A stretch of 64,000 nucleotides of DNA from Psammoneis japonica (lineage: Eukaryota). Position 1 is the first letter of the stretch; every line of letters starts with the position of its first letter. Both the position numbers and the translations under genes were made by a program. The DNA is taken from contig QPGO01000047.1 of assembly GCA_008632985.1 (NCBI GenBank), positions 186,001-250,000 on the forward strand. The letters are read 5' to 3'. Of the stretch, positions 60,818-64,000 are shown piece by piece. Below the pieces are notes generated by a model, which searched no databases, had not been told where the DNA came from, and worked only from the letters and a program-made list of their open reading frames with translations.

Positions 60818-61499
60818 AAGGGAAAGGGAGAGAGGAGAGAGAACTAAGGTACATCAGCAACAACACGAGCTTTCCGCAAACCCTGCGGCGGCATCATACC
60901 GGTACTGTAGCATCTCGCATCGCATCGCAACTGCGCGAGGTCCGGTGGGTTCGGTCCTCGAGCTATACTCTCCATCGTTTTGCTTTGAATGTTTTTTGAC
61001 ACCTGTGGACAAACGGGACACTGCGTAGCCAGGGTGTACTTCAGTACTCAGTGCTTCGTGGACAAGTGTACCAAGGCGTACCAACGTGTATCAAGTGCTT
61101 CACGAACGATGGGGAGTGAAAAACTTGCGCGAAAAATCGCGCACGCTGAGCAGGTAAGTCAGACGGGACTCATTCAGTCACGTCTGCACGAATTTCCTCA
61201 AAACAACACCCACCATGCACCATGAGAATCGGAGCGGCGTTTTAGACTGTTGCCAATCCTTTCAACAATATCAACACTATCTACTAGTCTTGACTATCGT
61301 AAAGAATCAACTTATGTTGCTTGTTTGAAGGTTTTCAGCCAATTGTAAGATGAAAACATGGATTTTGTAATTGCACCACGATTGATTCGACACTCATCAT
61401 TTTCGCTCTTCACTGCATGTCGCGATCGAATCGTATTGCGCCTTTGTTTCATTATGTCACTCATTTTCTTTGTAATGGTCATCTTTGTCACTCATGCAC

Positions 61500-62900
61500 A
61501 GAGGCTTGTGATGAAGCATCTTGCAGAATGGGAGGTGCGGCACGCGGCACTGTTGTCGTCCAGACAATGTGCAGTGGCTGTCATGATGGTGGACACTGCA
61601 GAAGGGCACGTGGACATGATGAGTTGGCTCATTGAGAAGGCATTGCTCGCACTGCTGCTGTCAAGCTGGGAAACAACCAATCAACAGCTGATTTTGTTGG
61701 TTGCGCTTCTGTCCTTCTGTGAAAGCTCTTTGACTCCTGCTTCGATGGATCGCTTGTGCGTCCATCTCAACGACTGCGCCGCTGGTCGTGAGCTAGAACT
61801 GCTGACTGTTGCAAGGGACCACGCGTGGAGGGAAGCTGGTCGATGATTTCCTGGCCCCATCTTCGAAAAATGCCAGAGATCTGCACACGAAACTGGCAGT
61901 GTCATTGACTCTTCGCCACTTTCGAATCAGATGGCCCCGGATGGCAGCAGGTCAGCGGAAGAAGGAATGTGTCCTTTTCAGGTGCTGGAGCGGCGTTCAC
62001 AAATGCAACTCGCTTGACCTTCATGCAGTTTGAGCCCGTGCTGCTTGAGTTCCTGTCCATTGAACATTGGCCACACTGAGTCGGTCGACAACATTGATGT
62101 CGATGTTGACAGGCTGCTTTGCGTTGCACTGGCTTCGCATCTGCAATCCCCTTGGCCTTGCCTTTTCGATGTAGCATGACTGCTCTACAAGGAACCAGGC
62201 CTTTTGCTGACTACAAACAAAAGCCTCCAACGCTGCTTCAGTCGTGCTTGAGACCTGCCAGTCTTCATTGTGCAATGTGCTGGTTCGATCTCCCTGCTGC
62301 ACTCGGCTTGTCCGACAAATTGACGCAATGAATGGAACTCGAAGCCCGCCCCTTGATTTGGCAAAGGAACTCGTGTGCCTGTGGAAGGAGTCTTTTAAAA
62401 GAACAAGCACTGCTGTCGATGCAAGTGAAGATCTCCCACCTCCGCTTGGCATGGAATCAGTGCGGTTGCAAGCGGTGACAGCAGGGTGCATGCTTCCCTT
62501 TGGCAGAAAATCCCTCCCACCGAAGCTCGCCCCAATGATTCGATCTCTCGTGACAGCCCTGATGAATGAGTCAAGTGGATCTCGACAGGGATGGAAATTT
62601 CTTCATGTGCTGCTCAGATGTTGAAGCTTCCATCTGTTGGAGACCATCTGAGAGTGAGGCACAGAGTGATGGAGAACATCTGCGTCCTTGTGGAACATGA
62701 GAAATCATCCACTGGCCTTGATGTCCGTGCCAAAGGCTTCATTGTTGCGGCCGCACATGTTCTTGAGTGACAAGTCCATCATCTTCCAAGTCACTGCACC
62801 ATGAATGCCCTCCTTCAATTTGGGCGAGAATGAAGCTGTTGAACAGGTGCAGTGCAATCAATCTGCCACAGACGCATTTTGGGGGTTGTGTCGAAATCGC
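61500..62900 (+). pseudogene. Decayed BTAF1/Mot1 N-terminal HEAT-region fragment
   Basis: WEVRHAALL and LPPKLAPMIRSLVTALMNE resemble Mot1 WEVRHGGLL and LPxKLNPxIRxLM motifs; broken frames. Confidence 0.55.
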
Positions 62901-63874
62901 CATGACGCAATGCCGATTTGTTCGCTCGCTTGACAGACTTCACAGTCCAATCTCTCGTGCTTGTCACTTTTGGGTGCCCCAGTGTCCGATGCCTTTCCCT
63001 GGCAGCGTTTGAGTCATCATTGTGAACTCAAAAAAGGGTTGAGGATTTCGGTGAAGCATCTCAGAGATGCTCAAAATGACACATGCATGCCAGCGAGTTG
63101 CACCTTGCTGCAATCGATCATCAAATCTGCTGGGATGTGAGTTCGCGAGTTTGTCAAGCTTCTTCTGTCCATTGTGATGTCTCTCATGACTGATTCATTA
63201 GTTGATTGCCCGACAATGGCTGCTTGGAGTTTTGCTGACTTCGGCACGATTGCCCCTTTGGTGCGAAGGGACCAGTCATGTGTTGTTGGAGCAACGGACG
63301 CCAACGATTCCACCACAAAGGTGAGAGGGCAAGAGCCAGCACACACCACCGAGACATTGTTCCTTCACATGAATGCAAACAAAAGGATCCAGCAGGGGCT
63401 GGCTTCGATGATGGAGGAGGAATCCGATGGCAGCATTGTTGTGCATGCCGGCAACCCCACGTTGAGACTTGCACTTTACGACCATGTCGGACGAAGAGCA
63501 AGAACCACACGATGAATTTGGAAATGCACTGGCCCTGATCTAGGTGACGATTCCTCCTCTTCTTCTTCGGATGAACATGATGAGCATCCACAAGCTCCTG
63601 ACGATGCGTCCGACGTCTCTGAAGAAGGCTGTGGCGGTGGTGCCATGGTGATCCCCTCGGATCATCAAGAAGAAGCAGAAGCAGAACCTGTGGGTGTGAT
63701 TGTCTTGCACAAAGACAAGGAGCATTGTCCTTCTGCCAATGAGGTTATGGCGAAGAAGTGCGGACGGCTGTTTTAGATGAAGATGCCATGGATCTTGACG
63801 TGCCCTTGGTGGAGCCCATTCAGACAAAGAAAAACGCCGTTGCTGCTGCTGGTGGTGGTGGAGTTTCGGATGTG

Positions 63875-64000
63875 TCTTGCCATTCGCGAAGCCGTCTTGG
63901 GTTCAAATCATCTGGACATGGCTGCCAGTTGCAACAACATTGCTTTGGTTCTCGAACATCAGGGCAAGCACGAGGAGGCCTTGATGGAGCATCTCAAGGC
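63875..64000 (+). pseudogene. Decayed kinesin-light-chain-like TPR repeat
   Basis: LAIREAVLGSNHLDMAASCNNIALVLEHQGKHEEALMEH; consensus Tyr positions read as C or H. Confidence 0.7.

Larger units (their letters stand above)
61480..64000. other. TpA-depleted tract 4 (CpG largely retained); runs off the window end
   Basis: TA nearly absent from about 61480 onward. Confidence 0.9.

Overview
Eukaryotic nuclear DNA, most likely a diatom: it has short GT-AG introns, a plant-type P5CDH, bacterial-type carbamate kinase and MetA, and a bipartite plastid-targeting-like presequence. The window alternates between two kinds of sequence. Gene islands of normal composition hold about 15 intact or near-intact genes. 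Sharply bounded tracts (about 17.5-18.9, 20.7-41.4, 49.9-54.1 and 61.5-64 kb) have lost almost every TpA dinucleotide and are rich in TG/CA. Paralogous copies inside and outside the tracts show the change directly: TA was converted to TG or CA on both strands (17 of 19 TAs in one hand-aligned 350-bp segment). The tracts hold Tyr-stripped ghosts of host genes (COPB1 twice, BTAF1/Mot1, a class C GPCR, an SDR, a TPR protein) and of a non-LTR retrotransposon. This looks like a region-targeted hypermutation or genome-defence process, opposite in direction to fungal RIP, and is the main candidate novel system. Also present: an inverted duplication bracketing 43 kb, an isochorismatase-TTL fusion, a KDEL-bearing type II peroxiredoxin and a MITE-like element. 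All counts are by eye and no database searches were run.
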